Assembly (NCBI GenBank): GCA_946409515.1
Contig: CAMJWS010000004.1
Coordinates: 36,013 to 100,012 of the forward strand
Reading direction: 5' to 3'
Origin: an uncultured Bacillales bacterium
GTDB lineage: Bacteria; Bacillota_I; Bacilli_A; RFN20; CAG-826
Length of the DNA: 64,000 nucleotides
The position numbers and the translations under genes were made by a program. This document shows positions 48,553-58,929 of the stretch, in pieces (the stretch's first letter is position 1; every line of letters begins with the position of its first letter). A model generated the notes under the pieces. It had not been told where the DNA came from, did no database searches, and worked only from the letters and a program-made list of their open reading frames with translations.

Positions 48553-51360
48553 TTATTGTTTAAGGGCTTCAATCGGATTAATTTTATTAATTCTCCTACT
48601 CATAAAGAAACTGGAAATAATAGCAATTGAGAACGCTAGGGCAAACATTGGAAGGAAAGCCACTGGGTTAAAAGAAAAGCGAGAACTTGTCGACAAAGCA
48701 TTACCTATTTCCATGTTGGCTAGAAACGAAAACATAAAGAGTTCAACACTAGCGACCGCGAATGAAATAAAGCATTGGGTTAAGGAATGATAATAAAGGA
48801 ACTTTCGACTCTCCTTTTTATTAACGCCGATGCATCTAGCAAGAGCAATGTCTTTCCTTCCTTCCAAGATATAGAGGTAATTACAAATTGTGAGCAACAG
48901 AATTGAAATCAATGTCGCGACAGTAGAGAAAATAATGAGCACAATCGTGATATAAAAACACACTGTATCCACACTATTATTAACATCACAAAGAGGGTTA
49001 ATAGCGTTATAGTCAGGAAAGCCCTTTTTGAATAAGTTTAAACTCTCATCAATCTTCTTAGGATCTTTTAATGAAAACGAGATTGAACTAGTTTGTAATT
49101 CGTAAGCACTAATGCCAATTTTGCATTGATAAAAAAGCGAAGTCCAGTTCTTCTCGTGATATATACAATTCTTATTTGAATCTATAAGACCAGTGACTAT
49201 GAGCGGCACAACTACATAGTCACTGATTACCCCTCCATTGTTTGTTAAAGCTTCCCTTCTAGCGGTCGTCACATAGATAGTTTCATTGATACCTTCTATA
49301 TGACACTCCTTAGCGAAAGCTTTTGAGATAGCAATCTCGTTTAAGTACTCTGGTTTAACGCCTTTTTGCAGAGTTTTTTCTTCAATTACTTCAAATCTAA
49401 CCCCGTTTTGCAGACTTTTTGCATAATTTCCACTTAAAACGCCTTCCGGGAGATCTTCTTCGAAAAAGCCATCTTTATTCTTGGATGTGAACTTGTCAAC
49501 AATCGCGGTTATTTGCTCTTCATTTTTTGAGAAATACATCGTTTTAGAAAAGCCAATCATCAGTGTCTCTGGATAGATAAGAAATCCGGAATTATTTCCG
49601 TATATTGGCGAAGTGAGATTACTATCATTATCCATAAAGTAATCAACATGCCAATTAGGAATATGAACCACTGTATTTGTAAAGACATGCATGCGATTAC
49701 GCTCTTCTATTTTCCTATCATAATAAAGCCATGGATAAAACATCTCATCCGCAATTTCGAAAATATATTTGTCCATTTCTTTATTATCTAGAAATAGGTT
49801 AAGTAGTTTGTCTCTATTTTCTTTTGCTTTTAGATAGTATATTTTCTTCATAACCCACGGCTCATTATCTTTAAGCGAAAAAACATCATTAGTAGGAAAT
49901 CTCATCATTTCTTCAAACATATGTTCGTTCCATAAGTGATTACTGTGATAGATTTTCAGGCTATTTTCTAAAGTAAATCCTTTAACTGTTAGTAGTTGTT
50001 CATCGGTGTAATCCCAGTTATGATTTGCTAAATCAAAATAGACATCTAAAGTATTACTCAATAGATAGTTACTTAACGAATTAATATTCCTATCGATTTG
50101 TAATTCAAAACATAAATCTCTAAGTGTGACATAATCTATAGACAAAATGATTTCATCATCTTTTAATGTTTGTATATCCTTTGGATATATTTTTGTATCA
50201 ATATCCTCTAACCATTCGAATTCATTTATATGACGCGCACTGAAGCCTGGTATAACACTTCTACGATAACCTTTGATGAATGCTAGTTCGTTTCTATCTT
50301 CAAAGAACTTTTCAAAGTTGCAGTAATAGGTAGCGCCTATATCGCTGATATATTCTGGATATGTTTCTTTTATATCATTAACTTCATAATAATTCGCAGC
50401 ATATTGCCCTTGAATAGAACTGTTTTTATCTTTAAGAGTGACCACTATTGAGTTTTCATCCACTATTTCACGATATGCTTGCTTAATGTTATCTGCGATT
50501 GTGGAAGATAAGGCAAAGGCTAAGCCCACGCCAATTAGTCCCAAGGAAGTCATCGTATAGCAAAGCCCTGTTCTTAGTTTCTTTTGCTTCATCGTATGGA
50601 ATGTATGCCTAATAAGAAAGGCATCGCTTATTTTTGTCTTATCATTACTAGCGCCGTTATATAAAACAGGTAGATGTGATTCAGAATCGGCTTCTTTTCT
50701 CTGCTGAATAATGTTCGCTATAGAGCCATTATCCATTTCTATAATTACATCAGCATATTGCTTTGTAAGGTTTTGGTCGTGGGAAACCATAATTACAATG
50801 GAACGTTTAGAAATCTTCTTGAGGATATTCATGATTTCTATTCCGGTATTCTCATCTAACGCTCCGGTTGGTTCATCACATAAAAGGACAGTTGGATCGT
50901 TAATTAAAGAACGAGCGATTGCCACTCTTTGTTTTTCACCACCACTCAATCTATTAACAATTTGTTTTTCTTTATCAGGAAGGCCAACAAGGGCAAGTAG
51001 ATCACGGCATTTTCTTATCTTTTGTGACTTCGACATTGAATACAACGTATCAAGCGGAAATAACAAATTAGCCAATACGGTCTCTGTTTCGAACAGTTTA
51101 AAGTCCTGAAAAACAAAGCCATAAGTCGTTAAGCGTAAGCGACTTAAGTCATCATCATTAAGCACTTCAATGTTTTGATTATTAACTTGTATAGAACCTG
51201 AGAATTCTGTTAATCCAGCGATGCAGTTCAACAAGGTAGTTTTGCCAGAACCAGATGGTCCATATATCACGTAGATACCCTTTTCTTTAAAATCAAAAGA
51301 GATATTTGATAATACCTTTCTAGACCCATAGCTTTTTAATAGATTATTAATCTTAATCAT
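48553..51360 (-). CDS. MacB-type fused ABC transporter (ATPase plus FtsX-like permease) with a ~560-aa extracytoplasmic domain
   Basis: N-terminus has YGPSGSGKTTLLN (Walker A), LSGGEKQRVAIARSL and LLCDEPTGALD. TM1 follows, then a long hydrophilic domain, then three C-terminal TM helices (FtsX fold). Overlaps the upstream paralog by 8 nt. Confidence 0.8.
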   Translation of the reverse strand: MIKINNLLKSYGSRKVLSNISFDFKEKGIYVIYGPSGSGKTTLLNCIAGLTEFSGSIQVNNQNIEVLNDDDLSRLRLTTYGFVFQDFKLFETETVLANLLFPLDTLYSMSKSQKIRKCRDLLALVGLPDKEKQIVNRLSGGEKQRVAIARSLINDPTVLLCDEPTGALDENTGIEIMNILKKISKRSIVIMVSHDQNLTKQYADVIIEMDNGSIANIIQQRKEADSESHLPVLYNGASNDKTKISDAFLIRHTFHTMKQKKLRTGLCYTMTSLGLIGVGLAFALSSTIADNIKQAYREIVDENSIVVTLKDKNSSIQGQYAANYYEVNDIKETYPEYISDIGATYYCNFEKFFEDRNELAFIKGYRRSVIPGFSARHINEFEWLEDIDTKIYPKDIQTLKDDEIILSIDYVTLRDLCFELQIDRNINSLSNYLLSNTLDVYFDLANHNWDYTDEQLLTVKGFTLENSLKIYHSNHLWNEHMFEEMMRFPTNDVFSLKDNEPWVMKKIYYLKAKENRDKLLNLFLDNKEMDKYIFEIADEMFYPWLYYDRKIEERNRMHVFTNTVVHIPNWHVDYFMDNDSNLTSPIYGNNSGFLIYPETLMIGFSKTMYFSKNEEQITAIVDKFTSKNKDGFFEEDLPEGVLSGNYAKSLQNGVRFEVIEEKTLQKGVKPEYLNEIAISKAFAKECHIEGINETIYVTTARREALTNNGGVISDYVVVPLIVTGLIDSNKNCIYHEKNWTSLFYQCKIGISAYELQTSSISFSLKDPKKIDESLNLFKKGFPDYNAINPLCDVNNSVDTVCFYITIVLIIFSTVATLISILLLTICNYLYILEGRKDIALARCIGVNKKESRKFLYYHSLTQCFISFAVASVELFMFSFLANMEIGNALSTSSRFSFNPVAFLPMFALAFSIAIISSFFMSRRINKINPIEALKQ

Positions 51361-53461
51361 TAGCGTTTAATTCCTCCTTTAAAGAGATTCTCTTTGAAAA
51401 AGAAATAGGAAGATAGGTTGCTAGGATGCAAACCAATAAAGCGGACATTACAATCAAAAGAGGAAACAAAAGAGTTCTTCCATGAAATGAAACAAATGGA
51501 ATATCGATGATATTAATTAACGAAGTGAATCTTTCTATGAGATGATTAAGTGGGTTTTGGCTTAATAATGCGATTATGAAAGATGACACTAGCCCAATAA
51601 GACCTATTAAGCAGTTTTCAAAAACATATAACGAAGAGATATCTTCTCTTTTAGCACCGATACAAAGTAATATCGCAGAATCTTTAATATCTTCAGCGTA
51701 AGAAGCGAAGGAAACAATACCAATAATCATTGCTGTGCCCACTAGCGCAATCGCCAAGAATATCTCCATGCCTACACTCGCAGCATCCACTAATGAGAAT
51801 AATGTTTCTTCAACAGTTAATGCATTACTATTAAGACTGTACCCTTCTTTTAGGTGTTTCTTCATTTCTTTTAATTGGAACACATCCCCACTATTTTTAA
51901 GGAAGATGCGATGCGAATAATTGGAGATATATTCATTATTAGAAGCAAGCATTATGCGGTCTTTCCAGCTAGTCTCACCTTGATATTCAGAAAGATTATT
52001 CAATAATGTTTCATCCATATATTTATCTAAAGCTTTATATGAGTAATAAATCTTAGGAGTGTTTAAGAATGATAATTCTTTAACAACACCAACGATTTCC
52101 ACTAAGCGGTCATAGACAAAGTAGTCTGTGATATACGGTTTTTCTATATCATTAGTGTAATAAGTGAATGTACCACCATCTTTTAAACGGATATAAGTAT
52201 TGAGAGGATCACTTTTAGTTTCCTTTTTTAAATAGTCATAAGCGGTTTGATTAATAACCACCATGTTTAAAGTATCTATCATCGGTAACTTACCTTTAGT
52301 TAATAAGCTTTTATCTATCGACGAATCGCAAAAAGAGTAGACAGGTGTATATGTTAAGTTATTTATTTCCTTTTCATTTATATATGTATCTAAGGCTGGG
52401 GTTACTAAGGAATCATATGAATAACAATAATGTAAGAAATCATATTCATTGCTTAGTTCATCTATTTCTTCTTCACTAGCGCGAAGTGTTTGTATAAGCG
52501 TAATTGGTGATTCATCACTGGTGATTTTATTCTCTTTACTAATAGAAGCCACTCCATAATCAAATTGGCGTTCCGCTGAGTTCATAATCGAATCATGAGC
52601 GCCGTTGCTGAAACCAAATATCAACATGCTCGCAGTAGCGCCAATTGTGACTGCTAGTATTGAGAAGATATTTCTTTTAAATCTTTTAGTGAAGTTTCTA
52701 GCGATAATCTTAGAGTACCAATTAGGATTACTTTTTCTTTCTATTTCTATTTGATGGTGTTTACCATTTATGAGTTTAATCTTTTCATCTTGAATAACCC
52801 TTCCATCTTTCATATGAATGATACGGTCACTATATCTTTTAGCTAGTTCTTCATTATGAGTAACCATAATTACTAAAGAAGTTTTACTAGCCTCTTTTAA
52901 CGATTCCATTACTAATAAGGCATTGTCTTTGTCCAAGGCGCCTGTCGGCTCATCTGCTAAGATGACATTAGTTTTACTAATGAAGGAACGCATAATCGCG
53001 ATTCTTTCTTTTTCTCCACCAGATAGCTTAGAGCATTTCTTATCTAATAGTTCTTCTTTGATAGAAAACTTATTTATTAAAGATAAAACTTTCTCTTTAG
53101 CGGTCTTAAAGCTATCCCCATTTAAAAGGCAAGGAAGCATGATGTTATATAAAGCAGTTTGATTTTCTAATAAATGATAATGTTGGAAGATATAACTGAC
53201 TTCACTTTTTCTAAAAGCTACTTGCTGCTTACTCTTATATTTAGCGATGTTGTCACCCCTAAAATAAACCGTTCCTTCGCTCGCTTTATCTAATCCACCG
53301 ATAAGATTAAGCAAAGTCGATTTTCCGCACCCAGACCTGCCCAAAATGCTAATTAAACCGGTTTCAGGGAACGATAAAGTGATGTCCTTCAAGACATATT
53401 TTTTCTCTTCTTTATTAATAAGATAGGCTTTAGATACTTTACATAGCTCAATTAGCGGCAT
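51353..53461 (-). CDS. MacB-type fused ABC transporter (ATPase plus FtsX-like permease), partner/paralog of the downstream gene
   Basis: N-terminus has LGRSGCGKSTLLN, LSGGEKERIAIMRSF and ILADEPTGALD. TM1, a ~250-aa extracytoplasmic domain and C-terminal FtsX-like TMs follow. RBS AGAGGGA. Confidence 0.8.
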   Translation of the reverse strand: MPLIELCKVSKAYLINKEEKKYVLKDITLSFPETGLISILGRSGCGKSTLLNLIGGLDKASEGTVYFRGDNIAKYKSKQQVAFRKSEVSYIFQHYHLLENQTALYNIMLPCLLNGDSFKTAKEKVLSLINKFSIKEELLDKKCSKLSGGEKERIAIMRSFISKTNVILADEPTGALDKDNALLVMESLKEASKTSLVIMVTHNEELAKRYSDRIIHMKDGRVIQDEKIKLINGKHHQIEIERKSNPNWYSKIIARNFTKRFKRNIFSILAVTIGATASMLIFGFSNGAHDSIMNSAERQFDYGVASISKENKITSDESPITLIQTLRASEEEIDELSNEYDFLHYCYSYDSLVTPALDTYINEKEINNLTYTPVYSFCDSSIDKSLLTKGKLPMIDTLNMVVINQTAYDYLKKETKSDPLNTYIRLKDGGTFTYYTNDIEKPYITDYFVYDRLVEIVGVVKELSFLNTPKIYYSYKALDKYMDETLLNNLSEYQGETSWKDRIMLASNNEYISNYSHRIFLKNSGDVFQLKEMKKHLKEGYSLNSNALTVEETLFSLVDAASVGMEIFLAIALVGTAMIIGIVSFASYAEDIKDSAILLCIGAKREDISSLYVFENCLIGLIGLVSSFIIALLSQNPLNHLIERFTSLINIIDIPFVSFHGRTLLFPLLIVMSALLVCILATYLPISFSKRISLKEELNAND

Positions 53462-53522
53462 AAAAAATCCCTCTATTAATTAAATAGGGGGAAATTTTCA
53501 TTTTTGTCCGAAAAATCTTTAA

Positions 53523-55151
53523 TTAATGGTCAAGTTTTTGATCGTATGGAACATCTTCCATCTTCACAGCGGCTGGAACCTTTGGTAAGCCAGGCATTGT
53601 CATGATAGCGCCTGTTAATGGAACGATGAAGTTCGCTCCAGCGGATAATCTCACTTCACGGATAGTGACTGTGAAACCTCTTGGAGCGCCTAAGACTTTT
53701 GGATCATCAGTTAAGGATTGTGGAGTCTTGGCGATACAGATTGGAGTTTTATCAAATCCTAATTTAGTAAAGTCTTCGATTTGTTTATTTGCTTCATCGG
53801 TATAAACGACATTGCCCGCGCCATAGATTTCTTTACAAATAGTTTCAATCTTTTCTTTGATTGGAAGATTGACATCATATAAAGGATGGTAATGAGATTC
53901 TTTAGTATTAAGGATATTCATAACCGCTTTAGCGAGTTCCGCACCACCTTTACCACCATCAGCGAAGGCTGAGCAGTAAGCGTGGTCATAACCATTTTCT
54001 TCACACCACTTACTTAAGAAAGCAGTTTCTGCTTCAGTATCACTAGCGAAGTGGTTAATACAAACAACTGCTGGAACACCATATTTTTCAACGTTTTCAA
54101 TATGTTTCTTTAAGTTACAAACACCATTTTTAAGAGCTTCAACGTTTTCATTTGCGAGTTCTTCAAATGGTTGGCCACCATGCATCTTAAGAGCGCGGAT
54201 TGTAGCCACAACCACGACCGCATCTGGCTTTAATCCCGCAACACGACATTTAATATCTAAGAATTTTTCAGCACCAAGGTCAGCGCCGAAGCCGGCCTCT
54301 GTAACCACAACTGGGGCTAACTTAAGAGCCATCTTTGTGGCGATGATTGAGTTGCAACCATGAGCGATATTAGCAAATGGTCCACCATGGATAATTGCAG
54401 GATTACCTTCTAATGTTTGAACAAGGTTTGGATTTAACGCTGTGATCATGAGTTTCATGATGGCGTGGCTAATTCTTAATTGTCTTAAGAAGACTGGTTT
54501 TTCATCATAGCTATAAGCAACGATGATATTGTTGATTCTATTCATGAAGTCATCAACATCTTTAGATAAGCAGAGAATGGCCATTAATTCACTGGCGACT
54601 GTAATGACGAATTCTTCTTGTCTTGGAGCGACTTTAGTTTCGCCTTCAGAAACAGTTACCTTTCTTAAGGCTCTGTCGTTCATATCAAGGGCTCTTTTCC
54701 AAAGAACTCTTTCAGGATTGATATTTAATTCATTGCCTTGCCAAATTGAGTTATCAATACAAGCGGCGATTAAGTTAATAGAACTTGTTAAGGCGTGCAT
54801 GTCACCTGTAAAGTGTAAGTTGATATCTTCACTTGGAACAACAAGAGCTTTACCACCACCAGTAGCGCCACCTTTAATACCAAAGACTGGGCCAAGGGAT
54901 GGTTCTCTTAAGCACACTAATGAAGGAACACCGATATAGCGTAAGCCATCATGTAAACCAATAGAGGTAGTTGTTTTACCTTCACCTGCTTTAGTTGGAG
55001 TAATCGCTGTTACTAATACTAGTTTGCCATTCGGACGATCTTTTAATTCGTCCATAATTTTTAATGAGATTTTAGCCTTATCATATCCAAAAGGAATAAG
55101 GTACTTCTCATCAACATTAATCATTTTTGCTACATCGAAAATGTTTCCCAT
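53523..55151 (-). CDS. fhs: Formate--tetrahydrofolate ligase
   Basis: PTKAGEGKTTTSIGL nucleotide-binding motif; 542 aa. Confidence 0.92.
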   Translation of the reverse strand: MGNIFDVAKMINVDEKYLIPFGYDKAKISLKIMDELKDRPNGKLVLVTAITPTKAGEGKTTTSIGLHDGLRYIGVPSLVCLREPSLGPVFGIKGGATGGGKALVVPSEDINLHFTGDMHALTSSINLIAACIDNSIWQGNELNINPERVLWKRALDMNDRALRKVTVSEGETKVAPRQEEFVITVASELMAILCLSKDVDDFMNRINNIIVAYSYDEKPVFLRQLRISHAIMKLMITALNPNLVQTLEGNPAIIHGGPFANIAHGCNSIIATKMALKLAPVVVTEAGFGADLGAEKFLDIKCRVAGLKPDAVVVVATIRALKMHGGQPFEELANENVEALKNGVCNLKKHIENVEKYGVPAVVCINHFASDTEAETAFLSKWCEENGYDHAYCSAFADGGKGGAELAKAVMNILNTKESHYHPLYDVNLPIKEKIETICKEIYGAGNVVYTDEANKQIEDFTKLGFDKTPICIAKTPQSLTDDPKVLGAPRGFTVTIREVRLSAGANFIVPLTGAIMTMPGLPKVPAAVKMEDVPYDQKLDH

Positions 55152-55172
55152 AAATAGAACCTCTCTTTAATT

Positions 55173-55853
55173 TCATTTGTTATCTATTATGCTATTCAAA
55201 ATAAATTTTGCAATAGTTAATCCTGCGGCGGAAGGCACCATCATTGTAGAATATAGTTTTTCCGCGTTCTTTTGTGGTATTTCTTCTGAGATAACTACGT
55301 TAATCTTACTTAAATCTAATTCTGCTTTTTTAGCTTCATATCTAATTTTCTTGGCTAACGGATCATTGCGAGTTTGATTTAATTTGCTAACTCTAACTTG
55401 TTCTGGATTAAAACGATTAGCCATACCTAAAGACATGATTGATGGAGTGTTATATTCTTGGGCTTTTTTAGCAAGGAATAATTTGCCTTCCACATCATCA
55501 ATCGCATCAACGATATAATCTATCTTTTGATTGAAATCAAATTCTTGGGCCTTACCTTTGAATGCTTTGATATCCAAATCAGGATTAATCATTAATAATC
55601 TTTCTTTAGCGGCATCAACTTTATCCTTTGCGATATCTTTACTGGTATATAGAATTTGACGATTTAAATTACTTGGATCAACTTTATCAAAGTCCACGAT
55701 AATAAAATGGGCTACACCAGTTCTCGCTAAAGCTTCAAGAGCGGTACCACCCACTCCACCTAAGCCAAAAACAGCAATAACTTTATCTTGAAGTTTATTA
55801 AAGTTGTCTTCTCCGAGCAATCCAATTGAACGAGCGAATATATCTTTATTCAT
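55173..55853 (-). CDS. tcdA: tRNA threonylcarbamoyladenosine dehydratase (ThiF/MoeB-family E1-like)
   Basis: VFGLGGVGGTALEALARTGV Rossmann motif; 226 aa. Confidence 0.75.
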   Translation of the reverse strand: MNKDIFARSIGLLGEDNFNKLQDKVIAVFGLGGVGGTALEALARTGVAHFIIVDFDKVDPSNLNRQILYTSKDIAKDKVDAAKERLLMINPDLDIKAFKGKAQEFDFNQKIDYIVDAIDDVEGKLFLAKKAQEYNTPSIMSLGMANRFNPEQVRVSKLNQTRNDPLAKKIRYEAKKAELDLSKINVVISEEIPQKNAEKLYSTMMVPSAAGLTIAKFILNSIIDNK

Positions 55854-56727
55854 TTGTAGCCTCTTTTAAGAGTTCTTCTCTTGTGGCAAATTCTTTGCAA
55901 GGTAATTGATGCTTAAAGAATGTAACCTGCCTTTTAGCGTAGTTTCTTGTTCTCTTTTTGATGAGTTCTTTGCATTCTTCTAAGGTACATTTACCTTCTA
56001 AATGATCAATTACTTCTTTATATCCAATTGCCGCTTTTGCGGTTAATGATAAGTCGTATTTATTTAGTAATCCTTTAACTTCATCTACTAAGCCATTTTC
56101 AAACATTTGGTCGACACGGTCATTAATATTCTCATATAATTGTTCCCTATTTGGGTTGATGAAATAGAATCTCACATCCTCTTTTTTAAAGAACAACGCG
56201 TGTTCTTGTTTATCAATGCTTTCAGACTTATTAGACTCATGAGTCCTAGCGATTTGAAGCGCTCTAATGACTCTTTTACGATTATTCATATGAATAGTTT
56301 CTGTGGCTTTCATATCAACTTGTTTAAGCATCTCATAGAGTTCTTCGTTAGATAACTCTTCTAAGTCAGAAACATCCGTTTCTTCTTCATCTTCAAAGAC
56401 GTAATCATAAAGCGCGGCTCTAATATATAAGCCAGTACCACCACAGACGATGATAGTTGGATATTTCTTTTTAAGTTCTAAATAGGTCTTTCTAAAGTCT
56501 TCTTGATATTCCTTAACAGAATAAGATTGATTTGGTTTAACAATATCCAAAAGATAATGCTTCTTATAATCTTCACTATCTTTTTCCACTTTAGCGGTAC
56601 CAATATCCATTTCTTGATAGATTTGAAAAGCATCTCCATTAATGATTGGAGCGGAATATTTCTTTGATAATGTTAAAGCTAAGGATGTTTTTCCTGATCC
56701 TGTAGGACCGACAATGACTATAAGCAT
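55846..56727 (-). CDS. miaA: tRNA dimethylallyltransferase
   Basis: MLIVIVGPTGSGKTSLAL... P-loop; 293 aa. Confidence 0.9.
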   Translation of the reverse strand: MLIVIVGPTGSGKTSLALTLSKKYSAPIINGDAFQIYQEMDIGTAKVEKDSEDYKKHYLLDIVKPNQSYSVKEYQEDFRKTYLELKKKYPTIIVCGGTGLYIRAALYDYVFEDEEETDVSDLEELSNEELYEMLKQVDMKATETIHMNNRKRVIRALQIARTHESNKSESIDKQEHALFFKKEDVRFYFINPNREQLYENINDRVDQMFENGLVDEVKGLLNKYDLSLTAKAAIGYKEVIDHLEGKCTLEECKELIKKRTRNYAKRQVTFFKHQLPCKEFATREELLKEATNE

Positions 56728-56768
56728 GGTCTTATTATAACAAAAAAATGCGATTTTATTCGCATTTA

Positions 56769-57218
56769 TTATTCAGAATAGAATTCTTTAATCTTTTCCC
56801 AATCACGGGCTTCTTTTAAAATCTCTTGAATGGTCATACCGTTTTTTGCGGTTCTATTTGTACCCCACTTTAATTTGAAGATTTTAAATAGTAATTCTTT
56901 TGATTTCTTTGATGGAGACTGATTCATTAACTCAAGGAGGAAATCTTTTAACTCATCATTATATCTATTCATGATAATAGCGGCCGCTCCAAAGGAATCT
57001 TCCTTTTCACCAGTTAAGACAATATTAATCAATTCGTAAAAGTCACCAAGAGGTAATTTGTAAAAGCCATTCTCATCGCCCCAGCCATAGTCATAAAGTT
57101 GGCATTTGACCCATTCCGAGTTATCTGATTCACGGAAGAATCTACCATCTTTTTCAACTAAGCCAAAATCAGCGGCGGTTTCCTTATTAAAAAGGGTACT
57201 CATTAAAAAGTATTTCAT
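56769..57218 (-). CDS. Hypothetical cytoplasmic protein (149 aa)
   Basis: ORF with a plausible start and coding-like codon composition; no motif I recognise. Confidence 0.4.
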   Translation of the reverse strand: MKYFLMSTLFNKETAADFGLVEKDGRFFRESDNSEWVKCQLYDYGWGDENGFYKLPLGDFYELINIVLTGEKEDSFGAAAIIMNRYNDELKDFLLELMNQSPSKKSKELLFKIFKLKWGTNRTAKNGMTIQEILKEARDWEKIKEFYSE

Positions 57219-57220
57219 AG

Positions 57221-57502
57221 TTATTTAATTAACGATTGAACAGTTTTAAGTAATTCCATCAATGCTTCTTTGCTAGCTTGATAGTTAGCAACGATTGGAT
57301 GGTTATCATAAAGGGCTTGTAAGTTATTGGCCTCGTTTAATTTTCCCTTAGCTCTTAAGTTAGCGATATTGTGCTTTAATTCAATCACATCTTCGTTATT
57401 TTCGTATAAGTCTTTATATTTGAGATACTCCTTCATCTCAGGAGTTTCATCAAGCGCAGCCTTTAATTCTTTCGCCTTTTCAATGATTTTATCCATTAAC
57501 AA
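57221..57502 (-). CDS. YmcA/RicA-like (UPF0342) regulatory protein
   Basis: 93-aa helical protein immediately downstream of miaB, the ymcB-ymcA arrangement of B. subtilis. Confidence 0.5.
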   Translation of the reverse strand: MLMDKIIEKAKELKAALDETPEMKEYLKYKDLYENNEDVIELKHNIANLRAKGKLNEANNLQALYDNHPIVANYQASKEALMELLKTVQSLIK

Positions 57503-58928
57503 CTTCTCCCATCATGGAATAGGTATGAGATTCATTGATTTTCACTTTAACGATTTTACCAATCATGGATTCATTGCCTTTAAAGTGGACGAGTTTATTT
57601 TCTTCTGTATAACCAGAATACATATCTTTATCAGTCTTGCTCACACCATCGACGAGAACATCATATGTTTTGCCCACCATTGTTTTACTATGGGCTTCAA
57701 TGTGTTTCTCTAAATGTTTGACTAATTCCATGAATCTTTTGGATTTTGTTTCATAAGAAACATTGTCAGCGATCTTTGCCGCTGGTGTACCTTTTCTTGG
57801 AGAATAGATAAAGGTAAACGCGGCTTCATATTTGATTTCATCAACAATAGTTAATGTATCATTGAATTCTTCATCTGTTTCATTTGGGAAGCCCACAATA
57901 ATATCAGTGGATAAGGCCAAGCCTGGAATCTTTTCTCTCATTTCTTTAACTAATGCAAGATAGGATTCTCTTGTATATCTTCTACCCATAGCCTTTAAAA
58001 CACGGTCATTACCAGATTGAACAGGAAGATGGATAAACTTCATAATATTTGGGTATTTTGCGATCACATCTATCATCTTTGAGGAGAAATCCCATGGGTG
58101 AGAGGTGGTAAATCTAAGTCTAGGAATACCTAATTTAGCGACCGCTTCCATTAAGTCAGCGAAGTCTTTTCCTTCATCTAAATCTTTGCCGTATGCATTA
58201 ACATTTTGACCTAAAAGAGTAATTTCTTGATAGCCATTATCGATTAATTCTTGGCATTCTCTTAAGACATCTTCAAAGTGTCTACTTCTTTCTTTGCCTC
58301 TGGTATATGGAACAATGCAATACGTGCAAAATTTATCACAGCCATACATGACGTTAACATAGGCTTTGTAGGTATTGTTTCTACAAGCAGGTGTAATTTC
58401 AATAACTTCACCTGGTTTGCTTTCAATAGCCACTACTCTTTCCTTAGTGGTTCTTACATCATAAACAAGAGAATATAATTGAGCGATTTCATGGGTACCG
58501 AAATAAAGATTTACTTCAGTAAATGTTTCCATGAGTTTCTTTAATATTTCTGGTTGTTCCACCATACAGCCACAGATAGCTAAGACTAAATCTTTATTTT
58601 TCTTTCTTAAGTGTTTAAGGTTACCAATTTCACCATACACTTTATCTTCAGCGTTTTCTCTTACCGCGCATGTATTAATAATGATTAAAGAAGCTTCTTC
58701 TGGTTTATCAGTTTGCTTATAGCCAACATCCTCTAATAAGCCGCGCATTGTTTCTTCATCTCTCACATTAGCTTGGCAGCCATAGGTATGAATGTAATAT
58801 TTCTCACCTTTGACTAAGGTTTCTAATTGATCTTTTTTATCAAAAGTAGCGGGCATGAAAACAGTCGCGCTCTTTTTACGAGAGGCGGCTTTAAGCATAT
58901 CCGGAGTGTTAATAATTTTTGTTTTCAT
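57489..58928 (-). CDS. miaB: tRNA-2-methylthio-N6-dimethylallyladenosine synthase (radical-SAM methylthiotransferase)
   Basis: N-terminal MTTase Cys motif (YIHTYGCQANVRD), radical-SAM CxxxCxxC (CDKFCTYC), C-terminal TRAM domain; 479 aa. Confidence 0.88.
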   Translation of the reverse strand: MKTKIINTPDMLKAASRKKSATVFMPATFDKKDQLETLVKGEKYYIHTYGCQANVRDEETMRGLLEDVGYKQTDKPEEASLIIINTCAVRENAEDKVYGEIGNLKHLRKKNKDLVLAICGCMVEQPEILKKLMETFTEVNLYFGTHEIAQLYSLVYDVRTTKERVVAIESKPGEVIEITPACRNNTYKAYVNVMYGCDKFCTYCIVPYTRGKERSRHFEDVLRECQELIDNGYQEITLLGQNVNAYGKDLDEGKDFADLMEAVAKLGIPRLRFTTSHPWDFSSKMIDVIAKYPNIMKFIHLPVQSGNDRVLKAMGRRYTRESYLALVKEMREKIPGLALSTDIIVGFPNETDEEFNDTLTIVDEIKYEAAFTFIYSPRKGTPAAKIADNVSYETKSKRFMELVKHLEKHIEAHSKTMVGKTYDVLVDGVSKTDKDMYSGYTEENKLVHFKGNESMIGKIVKVKINESHTYSMMGEVVNG

Positions 58929-58929
58929 A

